DNA of 63,976 nt, counting the filler, from Conidiobolus incongruus B7586 (lineage: Eukaryota): NCBI GenBank assembly GCA_000697335.1. It is 9 parts of 9 records of this genome, joined end to end, with 100 filler letters (N's around TTAATTAATTAA, not from the genome) between each part and the next. Parts side by side here need not be neighbours in the genome. Positions count along the whole stretch, not along the records: positions 40,544 to 50,181 come from JNEM01007124.1; positions 50,282 to 61,042 come from JNEM01007127.1; 7 more parts are not named here. One strand, 5' to 3'. Position numbers and translations under genes: made by a program. Below, piece after piece: positions 46,501 through 61,142 of the stretch. The notes beneath the pieces are model-generated. The model was given only the letters and a program-made list of their open reading frames with translations. It ran no database searches and had not been told where the DNA came from. Within the stretch, counting starts at the first letter, position 1, and each line of letters starts with the position of its first letter.

Positions 46501-47352
46501 ACCTTTCGTGGTTGGGGTTAATAGCTTACGACGATATGGACGTATCCAGATATAGAAGCGAGAGTACCATTCGGCAAGGGTAGCTCGCGGTGATTGTTTC
46601 AGAGTTTGGGGTGTCGAATACGGTGAGTTGGATTCTGTACCCAAAGTGTTGGGAGTTGTTAAACCGGATACACTAAAAATAAAAGAGCATTAATTAATTA
46701 TTCAATGAATATAGTAAGATTATAAATACTTATTCAAACCCAAATTCGTTTCATCTTCATTATTTTTGGAAAGTTTCAAACTCTGAATCACTTGATTGAG
46801 AGAATCCATACTTGCTGAACTCTTAGTATGTCTATCTCCTCCTCCCAACTTAACTAACCTCTTCAACGTTGGAGAATCCATAGTAAACTCGGGACTCGAC
46901 TGGATATCTTGAGGCAAGTAATCATTCTTCGTCTGATTCCTCTTTATATAGTCATTGAGATTGTCAAATGATACTGTATAATAAGAACTGCTAGCCTCCA
47001 CACGAGATTCGTTCACATGTTGAGGAAAGTAACTAGCCGTACTCGCGTGTGGTAAGGAAAACGGTACATTTCCCAACTGATTCAAATTGGGAGAATTTGT
47101 GTCTCTTTGGATATTCATAGCTGGGCTCCTTGTAATCCCTTCACTATACCTTTGAGAATCGAAACTGTCCCCACTCTTGTAACTGTTGTCAGCGTTCGTC
47201 AAATCTTCATCGGATAATAAAGTACTATAAATTTTATTACGACGTTTTGCATCGTTGTTTTCTAGTATTGTTCCCGGTTCTTCTACATAGCTGTTGATTT
47301 CTATGGTATTGAACCTGTTGCTATCTGGGTTAGATGAAGGCTTTTTAGGCAT
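43586..47352 (-). CDS. FUSC/ArAE (aromatic acid exporter / ALMT-related, Bre4/YGL140C-like) membrane protein; apparent 1-nt frameshift at ~46260
   Basis: Exon 1 is 47352-46730, the intron 46729-46673, and exon 2 starts at 46672. Two TM clusters; motifs FALKSAVAV, WALITMFLVMSPTVGAS, RGLGTVIG, VFPYEARKELR and EPRLKGQFP. Confidence 0.85.
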
Positions 47353-50300
47353 TGAATAATTATTTCAATAATATAATAATAGATTAATATTGGATATTTA
47401 CACAATTTTATATATATTAGAATATTTTTAATATAAATTAACAGTGGAATTATTTAAAAGAGAAATATTAAGGGTCTATTCATTGATTGAACAATAAATT
47501 TGGATCATAATAAATTATAAAATCAATATTTGGTTGTGGAAAGTTTCAAATGAATTTTTTATCATTAGTTGTGGAGATTGAAATATATTTAGTGATAAGT
47601 CTAAATCGGAAATAATCACAATATGATATTTGGTTACTTAAATATAGTATGAGTTGCATTGTGATATGTTTTATAGTACATGATAAAATACGTTGAAAAT
47701 GGATATAATTTCTATCTATTTGATTGAAAATCTATGCAACCAATGTAAATTACCTATCTTTTTGAGTTACTATATTATAAACAAAAAGATGTTAAATTGT
47801 ATTAGGTTGGAAATTGTATTGTTACAATCGATTATGATATCATTTTAAAATAATTTTAATATAATTCGGATGATGTCATTCGTAGGATATTTTAATCGTC
47901 TTTGAAAAATTTAATGAAAATGAAAGCTGGAGATATATATTATATCTAACATAATATATATAAATGAATCAAAGAATTGATTCTGATATTTATAAGTATT
48001 ATATTGATGTTTAAGATTCATCAGATTATATTATATCTACTACAAATCTTGGTAATTTTTGTTAAATACCACTTTTACGTGAATTTTATAAAATGAAATG
48101 TTTTATTCCTCCAAAAGTTTAAAGGTGTAGATCCAGAATTCTGTAAAATTTTCAAATATATTACTTTGTGATTTTTAAAACTCTATGGAATACTAATTTG
48201 AGAACAATTGAATATTGTAACCTTGAAAATATTCAGTATCATAAGCTAGTTAATACGATATATGGTGATAGATTATTTGATATCTGTAATTTTCAATTTC
48301 AAATAAAATTATTAATTCCTTAATATCGCGGATACAGTCAAATTGTTAATTTTGATTTTCAAATATTTTGTCATTTAGATAGATTATCAGGTAAAATCAT
48401 TAACATATTTTGAAAATGAAAAAATTATCCACATAATACATCTATTCCTTGATAATATATCTCACTGTTTATATTTGACTGGTTAATATTTTTATTTATT
48501 ACAAATTGAACAAACAATTTGATTAATAATTGATCCCAATATATTAACATATATTTTGAAATGGATTTTGTTGGATAATTGAAAATTTTCCCATGGAAAT
48601 TTCATATATTAAAATATTGATATAAGGCCAAGTATAAATTGATTATATTAAAATAATCAATTGTAGGTTTTATTTGATATTTTTTATATAAATACGATTT
48701 ATTGATATATAATTTAAAAATTGGCTATAATAAATTTCCATAATGATAAAATATTAATTGAGTTTTGATAATATGATGTTATAAATATCTAACATACAGA
48801 TTTGATTCCAATCTATTAATATTCATAAATTTTAACTTGTATTTAACAAACACTGAAAATCATTGAAAATTTGAAATGATTTGAATACGAGTTTTAAATT
48901 AATATTTAGGCTACCAAGTGAGTGATTTACGATATTCAAAGCTTTTTTATTTATTTATTTTGTATAATTTTCGATTTTCTATTTAGTTATTTGAAATATA
49001 AATAGGTAAAGAGTCTCAAAGAAATACTATGGCTGTGTATTGCATCTATCAATAAGGTTGTTTTATTCATATTCGTTTTAAGTTGTAAAATACAAACAAT
49101 ATTGATGATTAATTAGGTTTACATCAATTCACAATTTAATTGGGTTTAAAATTGAACTAATTTTTATGATGTACTATATTAATTCAATTTTATATAATTA
49201 AACTCATAAGTTATTGAATCTATTAGATTTATTATCATAATCAATTCATTAATACTTTTGTATTTTAATAATTTAAAAATATATTGATTTGAAAATCTAA
49301 AGCCCAAATCCATAGACATATCAATTTGAGTTTAGATTAAGATTTATTTAAAATAATAAAGAAGAGTTCTGGTTGAGTAATTATTAATTAAAAATTAAAA
49401 TTCAAAGATTACTTAAATAGTAAAAACTCTATAGTGTATGAAATTGGTTTTTATTTTGAATTTTCATTTAATTTAAAAAATTGAATTTTTTTTAAATAAA
49501 CATTTGAAACAAAATATAGAGCTTACTTAAATATTAAATAAACAATGAATTTATATAATCAATGAAATTTGCTATTTTATATTTTATATTTTTTTAATTT
49601 TTTGATTAATTTGATTTTAAAATATTGATTATCTTCTTAATAACATTCAAATCCAAATAATGAAGTAGAGAATTAAAATGGCTAATTGTAATAAGTTAAT
49701 ATAATCACTTTGGACAAATATCATGATATTATGTCAACTAATTATATATAGTAATTTAATATAAGATCTTTTAATTTAAAAGTTTTATCAAATTATACTT
49801 TGACTTCTAAAATATAATATAAGTTATTAAAGGTTAATAAATTTTATTTTTTTATATTATATAAATAATTTAAAATTTTTAAAAATTATTTTTTAACTTA
49901 ATTACTCAAATAAATCAAGGTAGTTAGATAATTAAATTGTGAGATTATTGATAAGATATTAATGCTCATTATTATAATTTTATAAGAGTATTTAAAAAAA
50001 GTCAGCCAATATTATATCTAACTAGAATTCTATGGCAAAATTTTTATTAAACCTTATTATATTAAATAAACTTTTTATTAATTAATAATATGGATATATA
50101 ATAAATAATAATATAACTTTAATAACTATAAAAATATAAATATATTTTTAGTTATTAAATTCAAATTTATTTAATATTTATNNNNNNNNNNNNNNNNNNN
50201 NNNNNNNNNNNNNNNNNNNNNNNNNTTAATTAATTAANNNNNNNNNNNNNNNNNNNNNNNNNNNNNNNNNNNNNNNNNNNNTATTTTTTTTAAATAAGTT

Positions 50301-52161
50301 AAATATCATTAATAATAAACTTATAAATTTAAATAATGAATCTATTGACTAAATGAATATTTTGAAATTAATATTTTTTTAATTTCAACTAAAATAATTT
50401 AGTTATTATATTATTAAAATGGAATTCAATTAATTTATACAAAATAAAATATATTTATATAATAATTTCTAATTATATAGAATTAAATTATTCAATCTTA
50501 TTTTGTTTTTTATTTAAAATTATATATTAGTAATATAATATATTTATGAATATTCTCAAGAATTTTATATAATGATATGATGATTTATAAAATATATAAT
50601 CAAATTATAAATTTAAATTTATAATATATTAAGCAAATATAAGTTGATTGAAATAGAATTTCAAAATTTAGGCAATACCAGAGAAACTTATTTAAATATA
50701 TTTAAAAAGAAGGTATTTGGAAAATTTAAGTTATCATTCATTAATAATATGTGTGAAATTTTAACAAAACGCTATAACCTTTAATATAAAATTATTTGAT
50801 TTGATATAATTAAATATCACAGAATGTGACAGTCAATATTTATTTTTTATAATTCCAGTGTAATCTCACCGTATATAGGGGTTTTAAGATTAGTGTGTTT
50901 TTAGGGAAAGAAATAGTTTTCTTTTAACTAATATATTATAAGAAAAGAAATTTTAAATTGAATATAATAAATTAATTGTGAATTTAATTTGAAAATGATC
51001 ATATTTTTCAAATCAAATTATCCATATTAATAACTAATTAAAAAGTGCCCATTTGTAGAATGTCACACAAATTATTAACAATTATATTGCGAGTTAATAA
51101 AAATCAAGATTAAAATTAAACTGTATTTGTAATAATTTCAAAGATATTAGATTCATTATTATTAGAGTATTATGAGCTGAAAATATTTGATACTTATTAA
51201 AATTTAATCATAATGAATAATTGATTGCCTTATATATATTGAAAAACTTTCTAGTTTCAAGAGCAAAGAGATTAAAATTCAATTTGATAATATTGTGGTT
51301 GTAGTAAAATCAATATTTTTCCAATTTTATAATTTATATTTTGCAATTTATTCGGAAATTTATTTTAGTATGGAAACTAAGATAAATTATTTTCCACAAT
51401 CAATTTTATATATTTGGTTCGAAAGTTTAGCATAAAATTTTACTAAACAATGGAATATTTTTATTTTAAACAGATTAGTAACAGCAAGAGAAGTGTATTA
51501 TTAATCTTGAGCATGTTCTTGTACATCTTACTTGAAAATAAAATTAGAGTATTAATCAAGTCTAAAATCATTTGTCGATTAAATCAAATAAGCATAGCAT
51601 TTGAATATATTGATTGTGAAGATAAATAGAAAATAATGTTGAAATATTGAATAATATAATATGTAAAACAGTATATATTTATAAATACTTTTGTTTCAGA
51701 CATATGCAAAATCAATTATAGTTGTGTTGTAGATTTCTAATTCAATTGTATCCAGTCTCGAGTTAGTATTCATTTTAATTCGACAGGGTTCTAGTTTATC
51801 GACTGATAAAGTATAAGTTGTAACATTTAAGAGTGAGTATGATACGCTAGGTGGTTAAATATCGACTGTGTGTAAGGATTGTTATTGAAGTTACAGGAGA
51901 TTGAGTGGGCTAATGTAGTTTAAAACCATTTAACTGAATTGATTCATCACTTGAATGTTTCTGGCTGATCAATATTTTACAGATTGATACCACAATAGAA
52001 ATTGGACTCAAGTGAAGATTAAGAATTGATTCTGATTCGGTGGTTCCTCAAATGATTTGATAAAAATAAAACCGTTGATTATTTTTGTTAAATTTATTTC
52101 TTTCATTCATCATTTCGCTTTTAATTAATTCTAATATCCAACTCTTGTATTCATATTTCAA

Positions 52162-53504
52162 ATGTCTAAAAAATTGCCACCTGAGCCACATTCCCCTTTA
52201 TCCCCACTAGAGCCTCCCCCTAATACTACTTCTCCTGATTCATCTCTAGAGCCTCCTATCAAATCTACTAATAATTCAATATCCCAAAATCATCCAGACA
52301 ATTATCTTCATCCCAGTATACAAACTCCCCAACCAAGTTTTCAACAATCTAAAATGACTTCTTCCACACAACAATTAGCTACGACTTCCACAATTTCTCA
52401 AGAAGGACTTAGCCAAAATACCAAATTGAAACCCAATGGAAAACCTCCACGACTATATAAAGTTTACCCTTCAAACAATAAATTTTTGCTCAAAGGCAGA
52501 ATAGTCACAGGAAATCAACCTTGGTTATTTATTTTAGCTATATCTTTGATAATAATTCCTTCAGGGCTATTTTGCGGTTTTGTGTAAGCATTATTGAATT
52601 ATCGATATATCTAACTGAACTAACACATTATATAGATCGCCCTATTTATGGTATCGACTAAGTCCTGCTGTACCGATAGTATACGGTTATATTTTGCTAC
52701 AAACACTCGCACTTATGTTTAAAACTTCTTTATCTGATCCGGGAGTAATATAATTTTTATCCAATATGAATATTTAATTGATTTGTTTTTATTTAGATAT
52801 TACCGAGAGATATGGAACAAATACGTAAGATTCATCCGGAATTTGCTGAGGAACTTCGACCCGACCCTTCAGGTGCTCCCCCAGCACTTCACTCCGTCAG
52901 AATAGTGAATGTTAACGGGGTTGAAGTAAAATTGAAATATTGCGAAACGTGTCATATTTATAGAGTTCCGAGGAGCTCACATTGTCGTCAATGCGATAAC
53001 TGTGTTGAAAATGAAGATCACCATTGCGTTTGGTTGAATAACTGCATTGGAAGGCGAAACTATCGATATTTTTTCTTATTTTTATTTTTTACCACGACTC
53101 TTGCTATCTATACTCTAGTTTTCAGCATCCTTCATCTTTATCTATTTAACTTGGAGCTATCCGAATCTCCCGATTATTTTGGCTTTGTCGATACGCTCCA
53201 ACGAATCCCCGTGAGCATGGCACTTTGTATTTATAGCTTTGTTTTTACTAACTCTGTTGGCGCTTTATTTGGTTTTCACTGTTATCTCGTTTCCATCAAC
53301 TTGACAACGCATGAAAAAATCAGAAATTCAGTTATGATCACACCTCATAAACCAGTGAATCCATTTGATAAAGGGAACATCGTTTATAATTGCTGGGATG
53401 TATTGTGTTTATCAGTACCTGAATGCTATGTCAATTGGAGAGAACGAGTTGATATTGAAAATGAACAATATGCTAACCATGTCGATCCCATATCTCGCAG
53501 CTGA
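52162..53504 (+). CDS. ERF2: DHHC palmitoyltransferase, Erf2/ZDHHC9-14-18 type
   Basis: Exons 52162-52583, 52636-52744 and 52797-53504. Motifs [67 protein letters not shown] and NPFDKG. Confidence 0.92.
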
Positions 53505-54355
53505 CATTATAACCTGATGCCATACTCTCAAAATCACCATTCTTTAATTCCGCATTCTCATCTCGAACATATATTCATCATCATTTTTTTGGGCTTTACT
53601 CATAGCCAAATCCATTTCGACTTAATTATTTCACCAAGTCTAATAATATTAATGGGAGATTGTTTTATTTTAAATCATTTAAAATTATTCAAATGCTTTC
53701 ACTTAATTGAATATATAATATCCCTCTATATTCTTATTCTTAATTTGTATTTTTATCAAATAAATAATATTTTATAAAGTATTATTACTAGTTACTATTT
53801 ATTCAGATTGTATTTCACATGTATGAATTGAATTAATAATAATTATATTCAATAAATATTATAAATACTAAAGTTATATTTGGGATATTTGATAATTTGA
53901 AAAATGATTGATACATTAATGATTTTTCTTTACATAAAATTTTGAATAATTAAATAATAATTTTTTATTAGAGGGAATTTTATTCAACATATATTTTATA
54001 AACAGGATATAAAATAATTCTAATTTTCACCAATTTACTCGTAGGCAAGAAATAATTCAAACCTAATTCAAGGATTATAATATTAAATTGACTAAAGCAA
54101 TTATCTAAGGAATTATTATATATTAAAATTAATGAAACTTCAGGTATTGGAAATTCTCAATTTATAAAATTTTATTAATAACTATGAGGTACATAACTTC
54201 AGAATATGATTAATATTTACAATTATATTATAATGAGTTATAATAATTGTTTAAATCATATAATTAAACTGATGTTATATTTTAGGATAAAATACAGTTT
54301 AAATATAAATCACTGTCTATTAATGAGTGTGTTATATTTAGAATTTGATACCTTA

Positions 54356-57300
54356 TTACAAATGAATTGGGTCAGATATTAAATCCAATTCTTCAGAATT
54401 TAGATATTGATCGGAGATAGTGGCTAAACCTTCTGATTTGATGTTTGTTGAACTAACGTCCTCACTTAAGATGAGTTTAATATTATTTTCTATAAGTTGT
54501 AAAAATAATTGACGATTCAATTGCTTATACTGAAGCAAATTGAATAGTCTAGACATTGCAACGGTGCCATTGGAATCGCCAACAATGGTAGAGATCCATG
54601 AAGGCATGCAGCTGACAAAGATCTGCTTAGCCAATCGCTTTGTGTCTTGCTTTTCAACTTCAGTTCGAATGACGGGAGTATAGTTGGGATCTTCTGGAAA
54701 TAAGGTGGCAGTAATGTTTTTAATAATATAGAGAAGATAATCCTCTGATTCATAAACTTGTGCAGCATCAACCAAGTATTTTTTGACGGTGAAGCCATAT
54801 GACTGACGGATCATCTGTTTGAACATCTGAACAGCCTTACGTCTGAGCCATCGCTTTCCAGTGTCGAGATCGAACAGCTCATGGAACACTCCAAAGAAAC
54901 TTTCGATAAGGAGATCGATATCCGAGTCGAGTAAGCTTTGGATCTGAGATGAGACGTGGCCAAGAGATCGGTCGTTGGATGAAGGTTGTGGCGTTGCTAA
55001 TGTGGATGATTCTGAAAGTATAGGAGAATGACCAGGCTCTAACTCGTCGATAAGAATCGATGGCGCTTTAGAACTGGATGGAGAGCTAGCGTCCACGATC
55101 GAGGCCGAGATGGAAGGAGAGCGATGATGTACCTCACGCGAAATGGCCGATTCAGAATAGCTCCGCGTGGGCCTTATAGAGGTCTTGAGCTTGTCAAAGC
55201 CGAGGCTAGGCAAAAATGACTTTGGAATCGTCATATGGTCGGGCTTGAAAAAGTTCTGAAGTGCAGCAGTCTGGCACAAGAGATGATCGATGATCAGACG
55301 AGTGATGTAGGCTTCGAGTTCTTGATGCAGCTTGCTGTTCTGGTTGATACCCAGTAAAGACCATTGTCGATTGGGAAACTGCATTTTCTGAACTTTGGGA
55401 AATTCGCTGCAGAGGGCGTTGTGCAGGTTGATGAAGTCAGCGAAGGACCGAGTGACCATCCAGCCTGAGTCGTCATTCTGAGATTCGATCTCCAAAATGA
55501 AAAGCTTGGAGCTTTCGGATGGAATAGCTAGACTCTGGATGAATGTGGATGCTTTGGAGGTAACCGATTGCGAATTGGGCTGGACTACTGGGCTGATTCT
55601 GACTCGAATACCCTTGAGATCTATATATGTGCCATTGGAAAGATTTTGAGAATGATCGAGGCTGGCATCCTGCACCATCTGCTCGACATTTCGAATTTGA
55701 TTCTTCAAGCTCTCTGCCGATTGCTTCAACCTCTTGTATTCGGCCTTATTGGTACTCGTTTGGTCCAACTTATCTTCCACAACAGCTAGCTGCTCATTCA
55801 ATGATGCAAGCTGAGTAGCAAGAATGATTTCCCTATCTTGATCATATGTGATATCTGCCAATGATTCCACTTTGCTAGCTGTTTCGCTGTCCGATTTTGC
55901 AAAATCCTGTGAGATTTTTAGAGTATGATTTGATATAGGTTCGGACTCGGATTCGATGTTTAGTGGCTCAGAACACACGTTTGACTTTTCATTGATCGGA
56001 TTCGACATCTCTGCTTGGTCATTGCTATTTTGAGACTCTGAAGGCTGACTATCTTCGGGGCCGCTTTGCAAAGAATCTGGGCAAAAATCTCGACTAAAAT
56101 TTTCAAAATATGGACTAAGCTTGAATTCTCTGAAAAAGGGAACTTCAAGGATATGTTCAACTGATTTTTTCGCTTCCTCAAAGATTGTTGGTGTTGGGGA
56201 AATATAAATATCTGAGTTAATTCTATCCAGAATATCTTGACTAATGGGAACAGGAAATTTTGGGCTGCTTCCAAAGTGTAAATTGTATAAAACCAGTGCA
56301 TCTTCTTTGATACTGCTTTCATCGTTTTGACTATGAGAAAAAAAGCTATGAGCATTCATCCAAAATCTTAAAAATGGCGGTGCACCGATTTCATCCAGAA
56401 ACTGCATAAATTCAGCCAGTGCATGACCTTGATATAGAACATCGGAAAGACTGAGAGAAATTGTTTCACTTTTAGAATTAGTGGAATCATAATTAACAAT
56501 GCTTATGTTCTTGTCGTCGTCTTCAGAAGATAGGTTCAACGATATCTCAAGAAGTATCTCGGGACATGTAGGAGCCTTATTGAGTCGATCCACTGCAGGA
56601 TCAAGGAAAAACCAATCACGGATCAGCTTCTCTGATTTCAAGTGATCTCTACTAATGAACACATAGCCCACAATGTTATCTAACCACAGTTAGTAAAATA
56701 TCCAAATGACTGGAATATTGTTCTTACTCTTTGAAAAGCTGTTCTTTTCATACAAGGTTACAGTGAGTCCGCCTTTAATGCGAGGATTTGCATCCCATTT
56801 CCTGAAATTAAGATTTTAATCAAAATAATAAGGTAACAGGAATAATATATGATTACAATTCAAAAGATTGGTACCAAACGGGATTTGATTCTGTCGGAAG
56901 AACCTTTGTTCGAAATCTTTGACCGCTATGCTGTATGCTACAATATAAACCTAGTATCTGATTGAGACTAAGATATTAAAACCGAATGTTAAATGATTAC
57001 CTTCAGCTGTTGAACTAAATACTTGTCTTGCTTCAATAATAGTCACTCTGAATTTGTTTGTTGCAAGATCATTATTTAAATTGATCTCTGTATCGTGAAT
57101 GTTTTTAGGGGCCAATGATGATATAATCAACTGATTAATGAAATCTGGCTCGCTGATCATATCAATAATTGGATCTAGAACAGAGCCAGCTAAAATTTCT
57201 TTGAGCAATAACTGAAGCGCTTTGCTATTCATCTCTTTTTCAGGTAATAATTTTTGCATAATAAACAGAGATAGATCTTTCATTAGTCGAGCCTGCAACT

Positions 57301-57954
57301 TTGAGCTTGACATTTCTGTAAAACGGGAATTGGGAAATTTTGAAATAAATTCTTCAAAGGTTAAATTTGAAGCCTCTAAAATGCGATATTCTCTGACATG
57401 AATGATAAATGTATTACAAATAGTAAATACCATTAAAACAACTAAGTTAGAGTGATATGATTCGATATGGCTTCGAAAATTTGATACAATGTGGTTCAGG
57501 TTGGATTTAATACAATTTTCAAAATCTGAAGAATTGGAAAAATTTAATGTAGCATACCAGTAATTGATGTAGTTTTCTACTATTTTATCCCTTAAAATTT
57601 GTATTTCTGGATTTAACTTTGGAGATATATCTAATTCGTGGTAACTAAATTCACTCTATACCAACTCAATTAGTCACTTAAATTATTATTATACAGTGGA
57701 TTTACCTCTATATTGGAAAAAATCAAGCTTTTTTGTAGTTCTTTGAATTTTCTAGCTAAGCTACTATTTTCATAATCTTCTGGTTCTGAATTAATGCTTA
57801 AAAAATAACCAAAGAGTAAACCTATCAGAAGCACAATGAAATAGAGGCTTAATCTAGAAGAAAGAATAATAGCTGTCACAGTCACAAGTATCGTTTTATG
57901 TGAAGAAGTAAGACGATGATACTGTGAAGGCAAAAGCAAAGAGAGATCTTTCAT
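54356..57954 (-). CDS. Sorting nexin of the PXA-RGS-PX-PXC family (SNX13/14/19/25, Mdm1-like) with a C2-like insertion
   Basis: Exons 57954-57706, 57655-57001, 56950-56857, 56801-56728 and 56679-54356 splice in frame. N-terminal TM pair; PXA (IVENYINYWY, LLKEILAGSVLDPIIDMISEPDFINQ); RGS (FMQFL..LRFW); PX (GWMVTRSFADFINLHNAL); PXC (ELFDL..WLRRKAV). Confidence 0.9.
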
Positions 57955-59141
57955 AATATTGAGAGTTAGTTATGATATTTTAAATGAAAACTGATGATAA
58001 TATTATTGAATAATAAAAACTTAGTAATATGTATGCATTAATTAATAATATGGGTTCTTTGCTTTGATTAATAACATTTTGCTAAGGCCTATTTATCATC
58101 AATAAAATATGGGATCAGTCTATTCTAATATATCAAATTTTATCAATCAATAGCCTTCAAAGCTAAAATAAGTGATAGATAGCAATAAATAGATATTTTT
58201 GGTAAACGTATGTAATATAATTAGAGTAATTTAAATTAATTATAAATATTTTGGAACGATAATTATTTTCATTTTCGTAATTTATTGTTTAATAAATTAC
58301 AGCTATTATTATTATTAAATGAAAAATAATTTAAAACCTCAAATTTTGATTTTCTAAAAATTGATGTGAGGTGATGTGTTTTAAGGAATCAAATGTGTTA
58401 AAATTATAAAATAAAGAGTATAAACTATTTGACATATTAATATGATAATTAAGCAGTTTATTTATCTATAATTTTTCAATATTAATAGATAAATTACAAA
58501 AATAATTCAAACTGATTTTTCTACTTTATAATTTATCATTAAAAATCAAATAAATCATAATGATTGAAATTAAAGAAAAATTATTAGAATTTTATGTATA
58601 CTATGTATTCATGAGTTGATTGGAATAATTAATTATCTATATTTATATTTTTATATTAGATTAAGTAACCTAATATAAATTTTTATATATTGAAAATTAA
58701 ATAAGAAAAAAGAGTAAATGAATTAATGTACTTGACATTGTACAATTTGATGATCAATTGATAAATCAACATAATATCAAATATAGCTAATGTAGTTTTT
58801 AACATATAATTAATATTTTTGTAAGCTATTTGTAATATTTAGTAATATGATTACATCTAGAAATAATGATTGATGTAATTGATTAAATGTATAGAATACC
58901 AAGTCAAAATAAATAAGTCTATTATGATAGATGGTAACTGAATTTTTAGAGCAATACCCCGAAAAATCAAATAATGAATTTAATTGTGATAAGAGTTAAC
59001 TCATACATTTAACTAACTGATAAGTGTGACAATTATGATATAAAAGTTAAATGTTAAAATGATTAGATATTGTTTATAGAAATATGTGCTTCATGATTGA
59101 ATGATATTAAAACATCACTTTCATTTGTTATCTTAAACTAT

Positions 59142-59803
59142 TCATTTACGCTTACGAGCTTGATTCTCTTCCTCAATCAATTCTTGAGCAGTAGCAGCTG
59201 AAATCTTCTCTTTCATCGCAAGCTGAGCTTGATCTAATTCCTTTTTCCAGATCGCTCTTTGGATATTTACTTCACGCTCAGCAGCTCTTAAACGTTCAAA
59301 GTCAATTTGGGTAGTACGTAATTTTTCATGAGCAATCATCTCGGAAGCAGTTTGATAAATGGATTTTCCCCATCCTTGATTAAAAGTTTCAGCTTCTTGA
59401 ATAACTTCCATAACTTCTTGTTCTAATTCTTCTTCAGCTCTTTGGAAAGAATTCCAAACATCCTCACCAATAGAACCTTGTTTCAAAAGCTTACTTAAAG
59501 GTGGTCTTTGTTCACGCATTTGAAGCACTCTGGTGACAACAGTCATTGCTCGTCTAAGTAAAGCAGCTTTGAGTAAGTATTCATCAGGGCTTTCGGATTG
59601 TAATAAAGCAATGTAAATATCACGACTCTTCCAATTATCGAACCAAGGCTTGACTTTTGAGGCAGCTAAATTCGATTAATAATTATTAATGCATCAAAAA
59701 TCTATTAAAAAATACCTGTAGCCTTATTCTTGTGATAAAAACGAACGAAAGTACCAAATACTACAGTCCATCCAAGAAAGTAAAATAATACAACACCTAG
59801 CAT
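59142..59803 (-). CDS. SEC66: Translocation protein Sec66 (Sec71), Sec62/63 complex subunit
   Basis: Exons 59803-59716 and 59665-59142. N-terminal TM helix, then PWFDNWKSRDIYIALL..LLKAALLRRA..GSIGEDVW..EAETFNQGWGKSIYQTASE. Confidence 0.9.
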
Positions 59804-61142
59804 TTTTATTTATATTTTATATATTAAACTTTGTTTTTATTTTAATTGGAGTAATGAATAGTTTTCTTAGATATAGCTTATATATTTTTTTTTTCAAATT
59901 CCTTATCCCATAATACTGATTTCCTAAAATGGTACTGCTTGTCATTATATCATTCGTCAATTTGTCCGGTCAAAATAATAATCATTAACTTAGATACATC
60001 ATCTCATTTACAAAATTAAATTAGCATTATAATCTTTGTATAAATCATGAATAAAGTTAATAAAATAATCAATTTATATATTTTTTCAAAAAGATCATGT
60101 TATAAAAACTAATGAATATAAAAATTCCAAGTCATTTTAAATTAAGTTCGATTATTAATTGATAATTTTTGAACAAGAGTGGAATATTCAAAATTGAATA
60201 CCTCATTTGAATATATCTGATTCATTTGAATTTCAATGCGTAAATATTTGTTTTGTTATTAGTTTTTTAAAAATCAAAAATATTAATATAATATATTCTG
60301 TCAAAAAATAATCTTTATTTAATATAGTTACTTCAAAATTTACAATTTTATTATATATATTGACTTATTCTAATATTGCAAGGCCTTTCTAATTGTTTAT
60401 ATTCCCATATGTATATATTATACTATTATTTATATTTTTCAATATTAATGAGTATTAAATTGATTAAATAAATATATATTGTAAATTTGAATGATATTGG
60501 CATTTTACTTATAAACATAATTTTAAAAAACAATTATTCCATTCTATTATAATTAATTGATTTGAAAAATTTGTTGGATAAAAATGCATTTGCAAATTTC
60601 ATTAATTAATTTGTCATTAACAAATATCATTGATATTAAAAATATTTTATACACATCGCTTATATCGATTTTTGATTGATGATATAGTTTTTTATTATCT
60701 GTGTATCTAATTTTCAAACTACCATTTATAATTAAATTCGAATAGCCTTATTAAAACCCAATATTATCATTTGAGTAAAAAGGATAATTATAATATATAG
60801 ATTGATTTTATCAATTATCATATAATTCAAATAGTAATAATAATACTAATATCTTTATCAAAACTATTTTTATAATTAATAAAGATCCAAGAGATATTCT
60901 GTATTCAAATTAAAATTTAATTAAATATTATTAAAATGAAAATCAAATACCATTATCAATTTTATTCCAAATAAAATAAATATGATATTATATCAAAAAT
61001 AAATATATATTTATATATGTTTTAATTTTTAAAGTTATATAANNNNNNNNNNNNNNNNNNNNNNNNNNNNNNNNNNNNNNNNNNNNTTAATTAATTAANN
61101 NNNNNNNNNNNNNNNNNNNNNNNNNNNNNNNNNNNNNNNNNN

